A DNA stretch of 12,295 nucleotides from positions 1 to 12,295 of the forward strand of contig CAZJBU010000008.1 of NCBI GenBank assembly GCA_964544525.1. The letters run 5' to 3'. Shown piece after piece: positions 1-6,796 of this stretch (positions are counted from its first letter, which is position 1; every line of letters begins with the position of its first letter). The stretch comes from an uncultured archaeon. Its GTDB lineage: Archaea; Aenigmatarchaeota; Aenigmatarchaeia; QMZS01. A program made the position numbers and the translations under genes. The notes below the pieces were generated by a model that was not told where the DNA came from, did no database searches, and worked only from the letters and a program-made list of their open reading frames with translations.

Positions 1-259
1 TATAAACCTAACCTCTCTAGATGCAAACTATAACTACACAATCATCAAAATAACCCAAGGAACCTCTATAATAAATCAAACCTCTACAACCCAAAAAGGA
101 ACCTTTATAATAAACCTTTCAGTAACCCAAGATGGAAAATACAACCTAACAGCTATAGCATATGATAAAGCCCTAAACACTAATCAAACAACAATTCCTA
201 TTACTATAGACACCACCCCTCCTTCCTTTGGCAAGATTGTTGTTAGAGTAATTAGGTGA
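1..259 (+). CDS. C-terminal fragment (gene starts upstream of the window) of a secreted or surface protein with N-glycosylation sequons and an Ig-like D-x-T-P-P domain; stop TGA at 257-259
   Basis: The frame beginning at position 2 is open from the window edge to the TGA at 257-259. It translates to ...GKYNLTAIAYDKALNTNQTTIPITIDTTPPSFGKIVVRVIR*. This segment is paralogous to [30 protein letters not shown] in the 10851..12295 minus-strand protein. Several N-x-S/T sequons are present. The ORF track missed it because it has no start codon inside the window. Confidence 0.5.
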   Translation, partial: INLTSLDANYNYTIIKITQGTSIINQTSTTQKGTFIINLSVTQDGKYNLTAIAYDKALNTNQTTIPITIDTTPPSFGKIVVRVIR

Positions 260-270
260 TAAAACAAAGA

Positions 271-285
271 TTTTTATTTATAAAT
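271..285 (+). promoter_or_regulatory. TATA-like box (tttttatttataaat) centred about 24 nt upstream of the psmA ATG; probable promoter of a leaderless or short-leader transcript
   Basis: AT-rich TATA-like motif at the distance expected for archaeal promoters. No experimental support. Confidence 0.35.
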
Positions 286-301
286 CTTCTTTACATTTAT
301 T

Positions 302-997
302 ATGGTGGAATTGGGTTTACCAGAACAAATGGGGTATGATAGGGCAATAGTTGTATTTTCTCCGGAGGGAAGATTGTATCAGGTAGAATATGCTGACCAA
401 GCAGTTAAAAAAGGAAAGACTTGTGTAGGTATTGTATTCAAAAAAGGAGTTGTTCTCGCAGCTGCAAATCCTCTTTCACCTTTAGAGGTAGCATCAAAAA
501 GTAAAAAAGTAAATCCTATAGATGATCATATTGGTGCAGTAACATCTGGCTTTGTTGGAGATTCAAGGGTTTTAATAGATTTCCTTAGAGTTCAAGCACA
601 GGTGCATATGCTTACCTATGGAGAGCACATAAGCACTTTTTCCTTAGCAAAAAAGCTAGCAGATAGAATGCAACTCTTTACGCAATTTGCTGGTGCTAGG
701 CCTTATGGAGCAAGTGTTTTACTTGGTGGAGTAAATGAAGAGCCAGCATTATACATGATTCATCCTTCTGGAAATTTGAATCAATGGAAAGCAAAGGCTA
801 TAGGTAGAGGTGATGTTATAGCTCAAAAAATTCTTGAGCAGAAATGGGTAGAAGGAATGAGTGAAAAGGAAGCGATAGATTTGGCATATGAAGTTATTCT
901 AAAAGGAGAATCCAAATTTGGAAAGATTGACAAGAAAGATATAGAGCTAATGGTGGTCAAAGGCGTAGATAGAGAGAAAGAGAAAGAATTCTTGTAG
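302..997 (+). CDS. psmA: Proteasome alpha subunit
   Basis: N-terminal signature YDRAIVVFSPEGRLYQVEYA is the classic 20S alpha-subunit motif. The length (231 aa) is typical. ATG at 302 is preceded by a TATA-like box; an alternative internal start is M at 329. Confidence 0.9.
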   Translation: MVELGLPEQMGYDRAIVVFSPEGRLYQVEYADQAVKKGKTCVGIVFKKGVVLAAANPLSPLEVASKSKKVNPIDDHIGAVTSGFVGDSRVLIDFLRVQAQVHMLTYGEHISTFSLAKKLADRMQLFTQFAGARPYGASVLLGGVNEEPALYMIHPSGNLNQWKAKAIGRGDVIAQKILEQKWVEGMSEKEAIDLAYEVILKGESKFGKIDKKDIELMVVKGVDREKEKEFL

Positions 998-1000
998 TTT

Positions 1001-2431
1001 TTATGGCTTATTTTTCAGTCTATATCTTTTAATTTCTTTGGCTACGGCATCTAAACTTTTTATACCTTTTTTCTTCAAATTTTCCAAAAACCTTGCTCTA
1101 TTATCTATATCTTTTTCAACTTTCTTTATATTCTCATCTATTTCATCTGCAATTTTTTTTAGTAACCAACTCTCGAAATGTTCAAAATTGTCCTTTGTAG
1201 GATTCCATTTTACTACCACATTCCCTTCTGCACTCAAATTTTTTTCATCAATCCATTTTATCTCATCAATTTGTTTTACCCTTCTAATAACTTCTCCATC
1301 TTTCTTGACTTTTATTAGAGTTATTACCACATCTAAAAGCTCTACCAAGGAAGGAGAGAGCTCTATAGGTTTAGTTATTAGCCTTGAAACAAGACTCTTT
1401 GTATCTTCTGCATGCATTGTGCTTAATGTTGGATGACCTGCTGCCATTCCTTGAAACATTACATAAGTCTCTTTTCCTCTTACTTCTCCAACTATAATAT
1501 AGTCAGGATTCTGCCTAAATGATTCCTTAAGCAAAGTAAATAGATCTACTTCACCAATTCTTAATCCACCTATTGAGGGTCTGGTAACATTAGAAGTCCA
1601 ATTTTCATGATATAATTTAATCTCTCTTGTATCTTCAATAGATACTATTTTAGCTTCTTCAGGAATAAAAAGGGCGATAGCATTTAGAAGAGTGGTTTTT
1701 CCAGATGCAGCACCACCAATAATCAAGATATTTCTTCCTTTTTCTATCAAATACCAAAGGTAGGCAAGTGTTTTAGAATCTATACTTCCAAATTCCATTA
1801 ACTCTATTGGCGAATAAGGAATTATATTGAATTTTCTTATGGTAAAAGTTGGTCCTCTTGTTGAAACATCACTTGCTATGTTTGCCTGAACTCTATCTCC
1901 AGATGGTAAAGTACCTTCTAAGAAAGGATTAGTATATGTTACAAATTTATTACATCTCTGTGCGAGTTTTATGATAAAGTTAATAAGTTCTTCTTCTGTT
2001 TCAAATACTATGTTTGTTCTAAGATTTCCATACCTTTTATGTCTAACAAAGATAGGTATACCAACACCATTACAATTAATATCTTCTATATGTTCATCAT
2101 GCATTATAGGCTCTATTTTTCCTAGTCCTATGAAATCTCTAAACACGTAATATTTTATCTTATTCTCGCTTCTGCTATCTAAAGAGATTTTATTCTTTTT
2201 AATAAATTCCTTTATTTTACTTTCGATAAAACTATACAAATTTTTCTCTCCTTTTATTTCTTCTGGACTTTTTTCTATACTGTTTTCAAGGAATTCCTTT
2301 ATCTTTTCCAGAACCTTAACATCTTTAGAGGTTAATTTAGGTTCAATCACTTTATATTCATAGGCTCTTTTGTTTTTATCAAATGGAATTTCTGAAAATG
2401 CATAATTTTTAATTAACTCTTTTTTTTCCAT
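1001..2431 (-). CDS. Type IV pilus/archaellum-type secretion ATPase (GspE/VirB11 superfamily, FlaI/ArlI-like)
   Basis: Walker A GGAASGKTT, Asp/Walker B box DYIIVGEVRGKE and His box GHPTLSTMHA lie in the arrangement typical of archaeal FlaI/PilB-like ATPases. The 476 aa length includes an N-terminal domain. Confidence 0.8.
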   Translation of the reverse strand: MEKKELIKNYAFSEIPFDKNKRAYEYKVIEPKLTSKDVKVLEKIKEFLENSIEKSPEEIKGEKNLYSFIESKIKEFIKKNKISLDSRSENKIKYYVFRDFIGLGKIEPIMHDEHIEDINCNGVGIPIFVRHKRYGNLRTNIVFETEEELINFIIKLAQRCNKFVTYTNPFLEGTLPSGDRVQANIASDVSTRGPTFTIRKFNIIPYSPIELMEFGSIDSKTLAYLWYLIEKGRNILIIGGAASGKTTLLNAIALFIPEEAKIVSIEDTREIKLYHENWTSNVTRPSIGGLRIGEVDLFTLLKESFRQNPDYIIVGEVRGKETYVMFQGMAAGHPTLSTMHAEDTKSLVSRLITKPIELSPSLVELLDVVITLIKVKKDGEVIRRVKQIDEIKWIDEKNLSAEGNVVVKWNPTKDNFEHFESWLLKKIADEIDENIKKVEKDIDNRARFLENLKKKGIKSLDAVAKEIKRYRLKNKP

Positions 2432-2440
2432 AATATATTC

Positions 2441-2456
2441 TTATTTAAAAATATAT
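2441..2456 (+). promoter_or_regulatory. TATA-like box (ttatttaaaaatatat) about 24 nt upstream of the rpl2 ATG
   Basis: Position and composition fit an archaeal TATA/BRE element. The same 40-nt spacer must also serve the divergent ATPase gene. Confidence 0.3.
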
Positions 2457-2471
2457 GCTATTTCTTCTTTT

Positions 2472-3176
2472 ATGCCTAAAAGACCTATTGTTAGGAGGAG
2501 GGGAAAAGGAACATCTGTATATAGAGTACACAGCTTTAGACATCTAGCACCTTTAAGGCTACCTCAGGAAAATAACATTAAGGCTAAGGTAGTAGATATT
2601 TTGCATAGCCCTGGAAAATTTGCTCCAGTAGCGAAATTGCAATTAGAGAACGGAAAAATTTGTTACATTGCAGCTGTTGAGGGAATGTATACTGGCCAAG
2701 ATATAGAGATATCTCAAAGTGCCAAGCCTATGATAGGCAATATATTACCTCTAAAAGAAATACCTGAAGGGTCGGAGATTTGCTTTATAGAAAGAACATT
2801 TGGAGACGGTGGCAAATTCTGTAGAAGTTCTGGAGCGTTTGGAATTTTAAAGTCAAAAGATGAGAAGTATGCTTACATAGTCCTTAAGTCAAGGAAAATT
2901 AAGAAAATACCTTTAAGTTCTAGAGCGATAATAGGAAGGGTGGCTGGATTTGGAAGAGATGCAAAGCCTATAGTTAAGGCAGGAATTAAGTACCATATTA
3001 TGAGGGCTAGAGGAAGATATTGGCCTATAGTTAGCAAATCTAAGATGAATCCTTGTGATCATAAATTTGGAGGTTCAACGAGGCCAGGAATTCCAACTTC
3101 TGCTCCAAGAAATGCACCTCCTGGTGCAAAGGTAGGTCATATAGCACCAAAAAGAACAGGAAGAAAGAAAAAATAA
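2472..3176 (+). CDS. rpl2: Large-subunit ribosomal protein uL2 (L2p/L8e)
   Basis: Collinear similarity to archaeal and eukaryotic uL2 across its length. Matching blocks include IAAVEGMYTGQ, GNILPLKEIPEGSEICFIERTFGDGGKF, KAGIKYHIMRARGRYWP, MNPCDHKFGG and APPGAKVGHIAPKRTGR, with a basic tail. Confidence 0.85.
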   Translation: MPKRPIVRRRGKGTSVYRVHSFRHLAPLRLPQENNIKAKVVDILHSPGKFAPVAKLQLENGKICYIAAVEGMYTGQDIEISQSAKPMIGNILPLKEIPEGSEICFIERTFGDGGKFCRSSGAFGILKSKDEKYAYIVLKSRKIKKIPLSSRAIIGRVAGFGRDAKPIVKAGIKYHIMRARGRYWPIVSKSKMNPCDHKFGGSTRPGIPTSAPRNAPPGAKVGHIAPKRTGRKKK

Positions 3177-3177
3177 T

Positions 3178-3753
3178 TTATCTGAGAGATAACGCTTTTA
3201 TCACTTTTTCAAGCAAATCCCAATTACTTTTATCTTCTCTAAATTTTAGACTAAGTTCTATTTGGAAGGATTTTAGTCCTAATGCATTTGCAAATTTTGC
3301 TATTGTTTCGCTTTTTCTACCGCTAAAAGGATAATTAACTGTTATTTTTTTCCCTTTGCAGATAAGTTTCATCTTTTTCAAAAAATCTTTACCGAGATCT
3401 ATATTTGTGCCTATGCAAATATCAATTCCATATTCATCTTTCATGCCATGTATGTCAAATAGGTAAGAAAGATTAATTTTTTCCATTATTCTTAAAAGTT
3501 TTTCTTTAAAAGGATGAAAAAAAGGTTCAGAAGATTTAAAACAAATAGAATGAAAATTAGGATCTATACAGAAGTGATCAGCATAACATAGGAAACTCCA
3601 TTTATTTTTCTTTGATAGATATTTTAGCATCTCTTCAACATATTTTTCCTTTTTATGCAGTACCCATTTTCCATTTACCTCTCTAAAAGTGTATGTGGTA
3701 TGAGGTGAAGTTAATATAATGTTTGATCTCTTGTATATCTTTTCTTTGAACAT
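3178..3753 (-). CDS. Hypothetical protein; possible small Zn-dependent amidohydrolase fold (H..E and IHG motifs)
   Basis: Clean 191-aa ORF with ATG start, packed tightly against neighbours. SPHTTYTFRE and FDIHGM are spaced like metal ligands of PghP/N-formylglutamate-amidohydrolase-like enzymes. This is a motif-level guess only. Confidence 0.45.
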   Translation of the reverse strand: MFKEKIYKRSNIILTSPHTTYTFREVNGKWVLHKKEKYVEEMLKYLSKKNKWSFLCYADHFCIDPNFHSICFKSSEPFFHPFKEKLLRIMEKINLSYLFDIHGMKDEYGIDICIGTNIDLGKDFLKKMKLICKGKKITVNYPFSGRKSETIAKFANALGLKSFQIELSLKFREDKSNWDLLEKVIKALSLR

Positions 3754-3788
3754 AAAATAGTATTTGAAATTAAAATAGAATTCTAAAT

Positions 3789-3962
3789 GGGCCCGCCGAG
3801 ATTTTCAAAAAATTATGAATAATTACAAGGTGCTAGGAAGAACCTTTCGCTTTGAACTCGGGTCTGAGGCTTTTTTTGATGCCACCCATTAGGCTAGGCA
3901 TCACCCGATAAGCGGGCGCACCACCCTAAGCCCCGATGCTAGCCAGGCTACACCACGGGCCC
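3789..3962 (-). tRNA. tRNA-like gene with two large insertions (putative introns; anticodon uncertain)
   Basis: The minus strand reads GGGCCCG-UG-GUGU-AGCCUGGCUA-GCAU-C-GGGGC-UUAGGG[52 nt]A-GCCUC-AGAC-CCGAG-UUCAAA[49 nt]U-CUCGG-CGGGCCC-A. It has a perfect 7-bp GC acceptor stem; a D-arm with A14, GG and A21; an anticodon stem GGGGC/GCCUC followed by U32-U33; a 4-nt variable loop; and a T-arm CCGAG-UUCAAAU-CUCGG after removing the second insertion at a 59/60-like position. Discriminator is A. The region is about 58% GC in a roughly 30% GC genome. Putative exons on the plus strand: 3924-3962, 3851-3871 and 3789-3801. Confidence 0.5.
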
Positions 3963-3964
3963 TG

Positions 3965-3981
3965 TTTTTAATAATTTAATT
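3965..3981. repeat. 17-nt perfect direct repeat tttttaataatttaatt (copy 1), immediately upstream of the tRNA 5' end
   Basis: Identical 17-mer found again at 4233-4249 on the same strand. The two copies bracket the 67-aa membrane ORF. Confidence 0.5.
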
Positions 3982-4022
3982 AAGTAAATTAAAAAAATAA
4001 ATTAAAACAAAAAAATTAAAAA

Positions 4023-4226
4023 TCACTCTTTTAGATCACTTATGCCAATCAATAAAAAAAGCAATCCTATAAAGATAATCACTATCCCTACTGATCCAGC
4101 AACAACCATTATTAGTGCTTCTAATGTATTTACTCCTATATTTATTCCTAAGTAATTTAGCCCATACCATGCTATCCCTGCTATCACTAATACGATTCCT
4201 ACTAGAATCTCTAAGACAGCGTTCAT
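4023..4226 (-). CDS. Small membrane protein with two predicted transmembrane helices
   Basis: 67 aa with two long hydrophobic stretches (ILVGIVLVIAGIAWYGL and ALIMVVAGSVGIVIIFIGLLFLLIGI) and an ATG start. The gene is bracketed by the 17-nt direct repeats. It could be spurious, but it fits the compact spacing. Confidence 0.45.
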   Translation of the reverse strand: MNAVLEILVGIVLVIAGIAWYGLNYLGINIGVNTLEALIMVVAGSVGIVIIFIGLLFLLIGISDLKE

Positions 4227-4232
4227 AATATA

Positions 4233-4249
4233 TTTTTAATAATTTAATT
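4233..4249. repeat. 17-nt perfect direct repeat tttttaataatttaatt (copy 2), in the 28-nt divergent spacer between the 67-aa ORF and the HTH gene
   Basis: Exact match to 3965-3981. Confidence 0.5.
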
Positions 4250-4254
4250 CATTT

Positions 4255-5019
4255 ATGATGACAAATAAAGAAATTAAAGAAATAAGTGATAAGGATTCTC
4301 TCTCCGAAGAAGAGCGGAGGCTTACATTAGAATTACTAAAAAATAAAATTGCTGGAGAAATTGCTTTGTCTTCAAGCCCTGGTCAAACTTTAAAAAAGTG
4401 GAGAGAGTTATTCAATGTTCAGCAAAAAGAGCTTGCTAAGAGGATGGGAATTACTCCCTCTGTTATAAGCGATTATGAGAGCAATAGAAGATCTTCTCCA
4501 GGAGTTAAAATGATTCATAGGTTTGTTGAATCTTTGGTTAGTATAGATATTGAGAGGGGAGGCAAAGTATTAAAACAATTCGAAGCCCTCTATTCATCAA
4601 AGTTAGAGCCTTTCATAGTAGATATAAAGGAATTTAGAGTGCCGGTTAGTATCAAAAGATTTATGAAGGTTCTTGGAGCAAAACCTGCATATCCTTTTGA
4701 GAACAAAGATATATATGGATATACTATTATAGATAGCAAAAGGGCTATAATTAACTTTACTCCTCAAGAGTTAGTAAAAATCTATGGGGAAACTACAGAT
4801 AGAGCACTAATTTTCACTAATATATCTAGAGGGAGAAGTCCATTAGTAGCTATAAAAGTAACTTCCTTAAAGCCAGGTTTAGTTGTTCTTCATGGTATAG
4901 AGAAAGTTGATGATATAGCTTTGGCAATAGCAAAGTCTGAAAAAATACCTTTAGCTATCTGCTACTTACATTTAGATAAGATTATAGAGAGACTAAGAAC
5001 ATTCTATAGAAAATTATGA
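4255..5019 (+). CDS. XRE-family helix-turn-helix domain protein with a C-terminal domain of unknown function (putative transcriptional regulator)
   Basis: LKKWRELFNVQQKELAKRMGITPSVISDYESNRR is a canonical Cro/C1-type HTH. It is followed by about 150 aa of unidentified domain. The stop overlaps the next gene's ATG (ATGA, 5016-5019). Confidence 0.7.
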   Translation: MMTNKEIKEISDKDSLSEEERRLTLELLKNKIAGEIALSSSPGQTLKKWRELFNVQQKELAKRMGITPSVISDYESNRRSSPGVKMIHRFVESLVSIDIERGGKVLKQFEALYSSKLEPFIVDIKEFRVPVSIKRFMKVLGAKPAYPFENKDIYGYTIIDSKRAIINFTPQELVKIYGETTDRALIFTNISRGRSPLVAIKVTSLKPGLVVLHGIEKVDDIALAIAKSEKIPLAICYLHLDKIIERLRTFYRKL

Positions 5020-5855
5020 AAATTCTAATACAATTTCCGGAAGGTCTTAAAAAATTTGCTCTTGAAAAGGCAGAGGAATTAGAAAATGAAGGTAATGAGG
5101 TAATCCTTTTTTGCGAACCTTGTTATGGTGCTTGCGATTTAAGAGATAGAGAAGCAAAGTTGTTAGGATGCCAAAAAATTTTGCATCTTGGGCATAAAGA
5201 TTTTGGTTTAGAAAGCGAGGTTCCTGTTGAATACCTTGAAGTAAAGGAAAAAAAAGATCCAAAGGAAATAATTTCTATCTTAGAAAAAAATTTTGAAAAA
5301 TTTGGAGATGCAAAGGTTATTGCGATAGCATCTAATATTCAATTTGAATATTGTCTTAAAGATGTGCAAACTTTTTTGGAGAGTAAGGGAATAAAGGTTA
5401 AAAATCTTGGCGCTATTTTAGGTTGTTTTGAGTTTAAAGAAAAGGAAGAGCATGCCCTATTTATAGGGGATGGTAGATTTCATGCCCTTGCTTTGAATGC
5501 AGAAAAAATATTTTTTTTAGATATAGAAAAGAACTGTTTGGAAGATATAAGCGATATTGCTAGGAGATGGGAGATGAAAAGGCTAGCGAGAATAGAAAAA
5601 TTCAAAGAAGCCAAAAAAATAGGTATCTTGGTTTCGCTAAAGAAGGGACAATACTATAAAGACTTCTTTAAACTTAAGGAGATGATTGAGAAGTTAGGAA
5701 AAAAAGCTAAAGTTTTGGTTATGGACGAAATAAAAGAAGAGAAACTTATGGGTTTTGATTTTGATTGTTATCTAAATACTGCCTGCCCAAGAATAGCAGA
5801 TCACTTTTCTTTACCGTTAGTAAATTTGAGAGATATTGAGAGATTGCTTTCCTAA
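5016..5855 (+). CDS. dph2: Diphthamide biosynthesis protein Dph2-like (2-(3-amino-3-carboxypropyl)histidine synthase)
   Basis: N-terminal IQFPEGL motif characteristic of Dph1/Dph2. Dispersed Cys residues and a GDGRFHALAL block are consistent with the three-domain iron-sulfur enzyme. At 279 aa it is shorter than typical archaeal Dph2 (about 340 aa). Confidence 0.65.
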   Translation: MKILIQFPEGLKKFALEKAEELENEGNEVILFCEPCYGACDLRDREAKLLGCQKILHLGHKDFGLESEVPVEYLEVKEKKDPKEIISILEKNFEKFGDAKVIAIASNIQFEYCLKDVQTFLESKGIKVKNLGAILGCFEFKEKEEHALFIGDGRFHALALNAEKIFFLDIEKNCLEDISDIARRWEMKRLARIEKFKEAKKIGILVSLKKGQYYKDFFKLKEMIEKLGKKAKVLVMDEIKEEKLMGFDFDCYLNTACPRIADHFSLPLVNLRDIERLLS

Positions 5856-5884
5856 AATTATTAAGAACAAAAAACAAAAAACCA

Positions 5885-6196
5885 TTATTTTTTCATATAT
5901 TCTCTCAAACTTTTGTTTAACTCTTTTTCAACCTTTTTCTTTTTAGCTTTTGCGTATCTTGTATAAATTACCCAACTCCTATGCCAATTTGGATTTGCTT
6001 GTTTTAAGTACCTTAGCACAAGGTTTGCTATCTCTTTGGTGCTTATTTCCCCTTTCTCTAATGCCCTTCCTTCAACAATTTTTGCAATCCTTCTTGCAGT
6101 TTCTAGATTTGCTCCAGATTTCAAGCAACTCATCACAACCTTTTCAACTACAAAATCTTCCTTTTTTCCATTTTTCTTTATGACTTTCACTTTCAT
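5885..6196 (-). CDS. Stand-alone ATP-cone domain protein with a basic C-terminal tail
   Basis: MKVKVIKKNGKKEDFVVEKVV...ARRIAKIVEG...GEISTKEIANLVLRYL...YTRYAK matches the ATP-cone (ribonucleotide-reductase N-terminal-type) consensus. The C-terminus is lysine-rich (KAKKKKVEKELNK). Confidence 0.65.
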   Translation of the reverse strand: MKVKVIKKNGKKEDFVVEKVVMSCLKSGANLETARRIAKIVEGRALEKGEISTKEIANLVLRYLKQANPNWHRSWVIYTRYAKAKKKKVEKELNKSLREYMKK

Positions 6197-6225
6197 AATT
6201 ATTTAATACCTCAAAATTAATTATT

Positions 6226-6507
6226 ATGGTTCAATCTCCCTTAGAAATTATAATCTCCATTTTATATCTTATAATTTCAAGTGCAATAAAACTATTAATC
6301 TCTTTAGGTTCGTTGATTTTTGCTTTGTTTAACTCATTGGTCTATATTCTAAGGGTTGGTGGTATATTAGGAATTTTTGTTGTAGTTGTTACATTAACCC
6401 TTCTATTCTTTGTTCTCTCGAAATTTGTATTTTCCACAATCAAACAAGCAGCAATAGTATTCTTTTTCCTATTCTTTATCCTATTTATCATATTTTTGTT
6501 ACTCTAG
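6226..6507 (+). CDS. Small polytopic membrane protein (paralog A of a tandem pair)
   Basis: 93 aa, almost entirely hydrophobic and Phe/Ile/Leu-rich. Alignable with the next ORF (shared pattern IS..IK....LG...F...........G..GI..........F..L.K.FF..IK). Confidence 0.55.
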   Translation: MVQSPLEIIISILYLIISSAIKLLISLGSLIFALFNSLVYILRVGGILGIFVVVVTLTLLFFVLSKFVFSTIKQAAIVFFFLFFILFIIFLLL

Positions 6508-6510
6508 ATT

Positions 6511-6795
6511 ATGGCACTAGATACATTAGTTTCTATTATTATAAAAATGTTTTACTTTATAATTTCGGAAGGTATAAAGATAGTTCTAACCTTGGGAGAA
6601 TTTCTCATAGAATTCTTCATTGTTTTCTTCCAAACTGTAAAGGGCATAGGATTACAAGGCATATTGTTAATGTTTGCTATTTTCTTTCCATTCTTATATC
6701 TAGTAGGCAAAGTATTTTTTGATAGCATAAAAAAAGTAATTCTTTTTGGGTCTATACTGCTCATTCTTTTGCTCTTAGGAATTTTTTTGATATAA
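6511..6795 (+). CDS. Small polytopic membrane protein (paralog B of a tandem pair)
   Basis: 94 aa starting 3 nt after the previous stop. Same hydrophobic architecture and conserved positions as 6226..6507. Confidence 0.55.
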   Translation: MALDTLVSIIIKMFYFIISEGIKIVLTLGEFLIEFFIVFFQTVKGIGLQGILLMFAIFFPFLYLVGKVFFDSIKKVILFGSILLILLLLGIFLI

Positions 6796-6796
6796 T

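Noticed and set aside
1038-1436. 132-aa plus-strand ORF (F/S-rich) inside the ATPase gene
   Set aside because: It lies entirely antisense to a well-supported Walker-motif ATPase. The low-complexity FFFKFSK composition is typical of shadow ORFs in AT-rich DNA.
3789-3962. GC-rich island read as RNase P RNA or SRP RNA (the minus strand contains CCCGCUUAUCGGG, reminiscent of the RNase P CR-V ACAGAANCCGGCUUAUCGG element, and the 5' and 3' ends pair like a P1 helix)
   Set aside because: It is far too short at 174 nt, and the CR-I GGAAAGUCCGGGC-type element and the SRP helix-8 motifs are absent. The tRNA interpretation accounts for many more conserved positions. The resemblance is probably a coincidental 4-bp hairpin.
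3789-3962. Plus-strand reading of the GC island as an RNA or protein gene
   Set aside because: The plus strand shows no tRNA-like D- or T-arm consensus. It has only degenerate C/D-box-like motifs (UAUGAAU, CUGA) without proper spacing and no ORF.
3965-4249. 17-nt direct repeats as attachment sites of an integrated element at a tRNA
   Set aside because: There is no integrase, and the cargo is only about 250 bp with one tiny ORF. The repeats sit upstream of the tRNA 5' end rather than overlapping its 3' end. Each also lies at a promoter-like distance from a gene start. I kept this as a low-interest finding, not as a mobile element call.
5047-5262. 71-aa minus-strand ORF inside dph2
   Set aside because: Antisense to the conserved Dph2 N-terminus (IQFPEGL). 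No features.
5950-6183. 77-aa plus-strand ORF overlapping the ATP-cone gene
   Set aside because: Antisense shadow ORF. The ATP-cone reading has a clear domain match.
6552-6764. 70-aa minus-strand ORF inside the second small membrane-protein gene
   Set aside because: The plus-strand ORF is supported by paralogy with its tandem neighbour. The minus ORF has no features.
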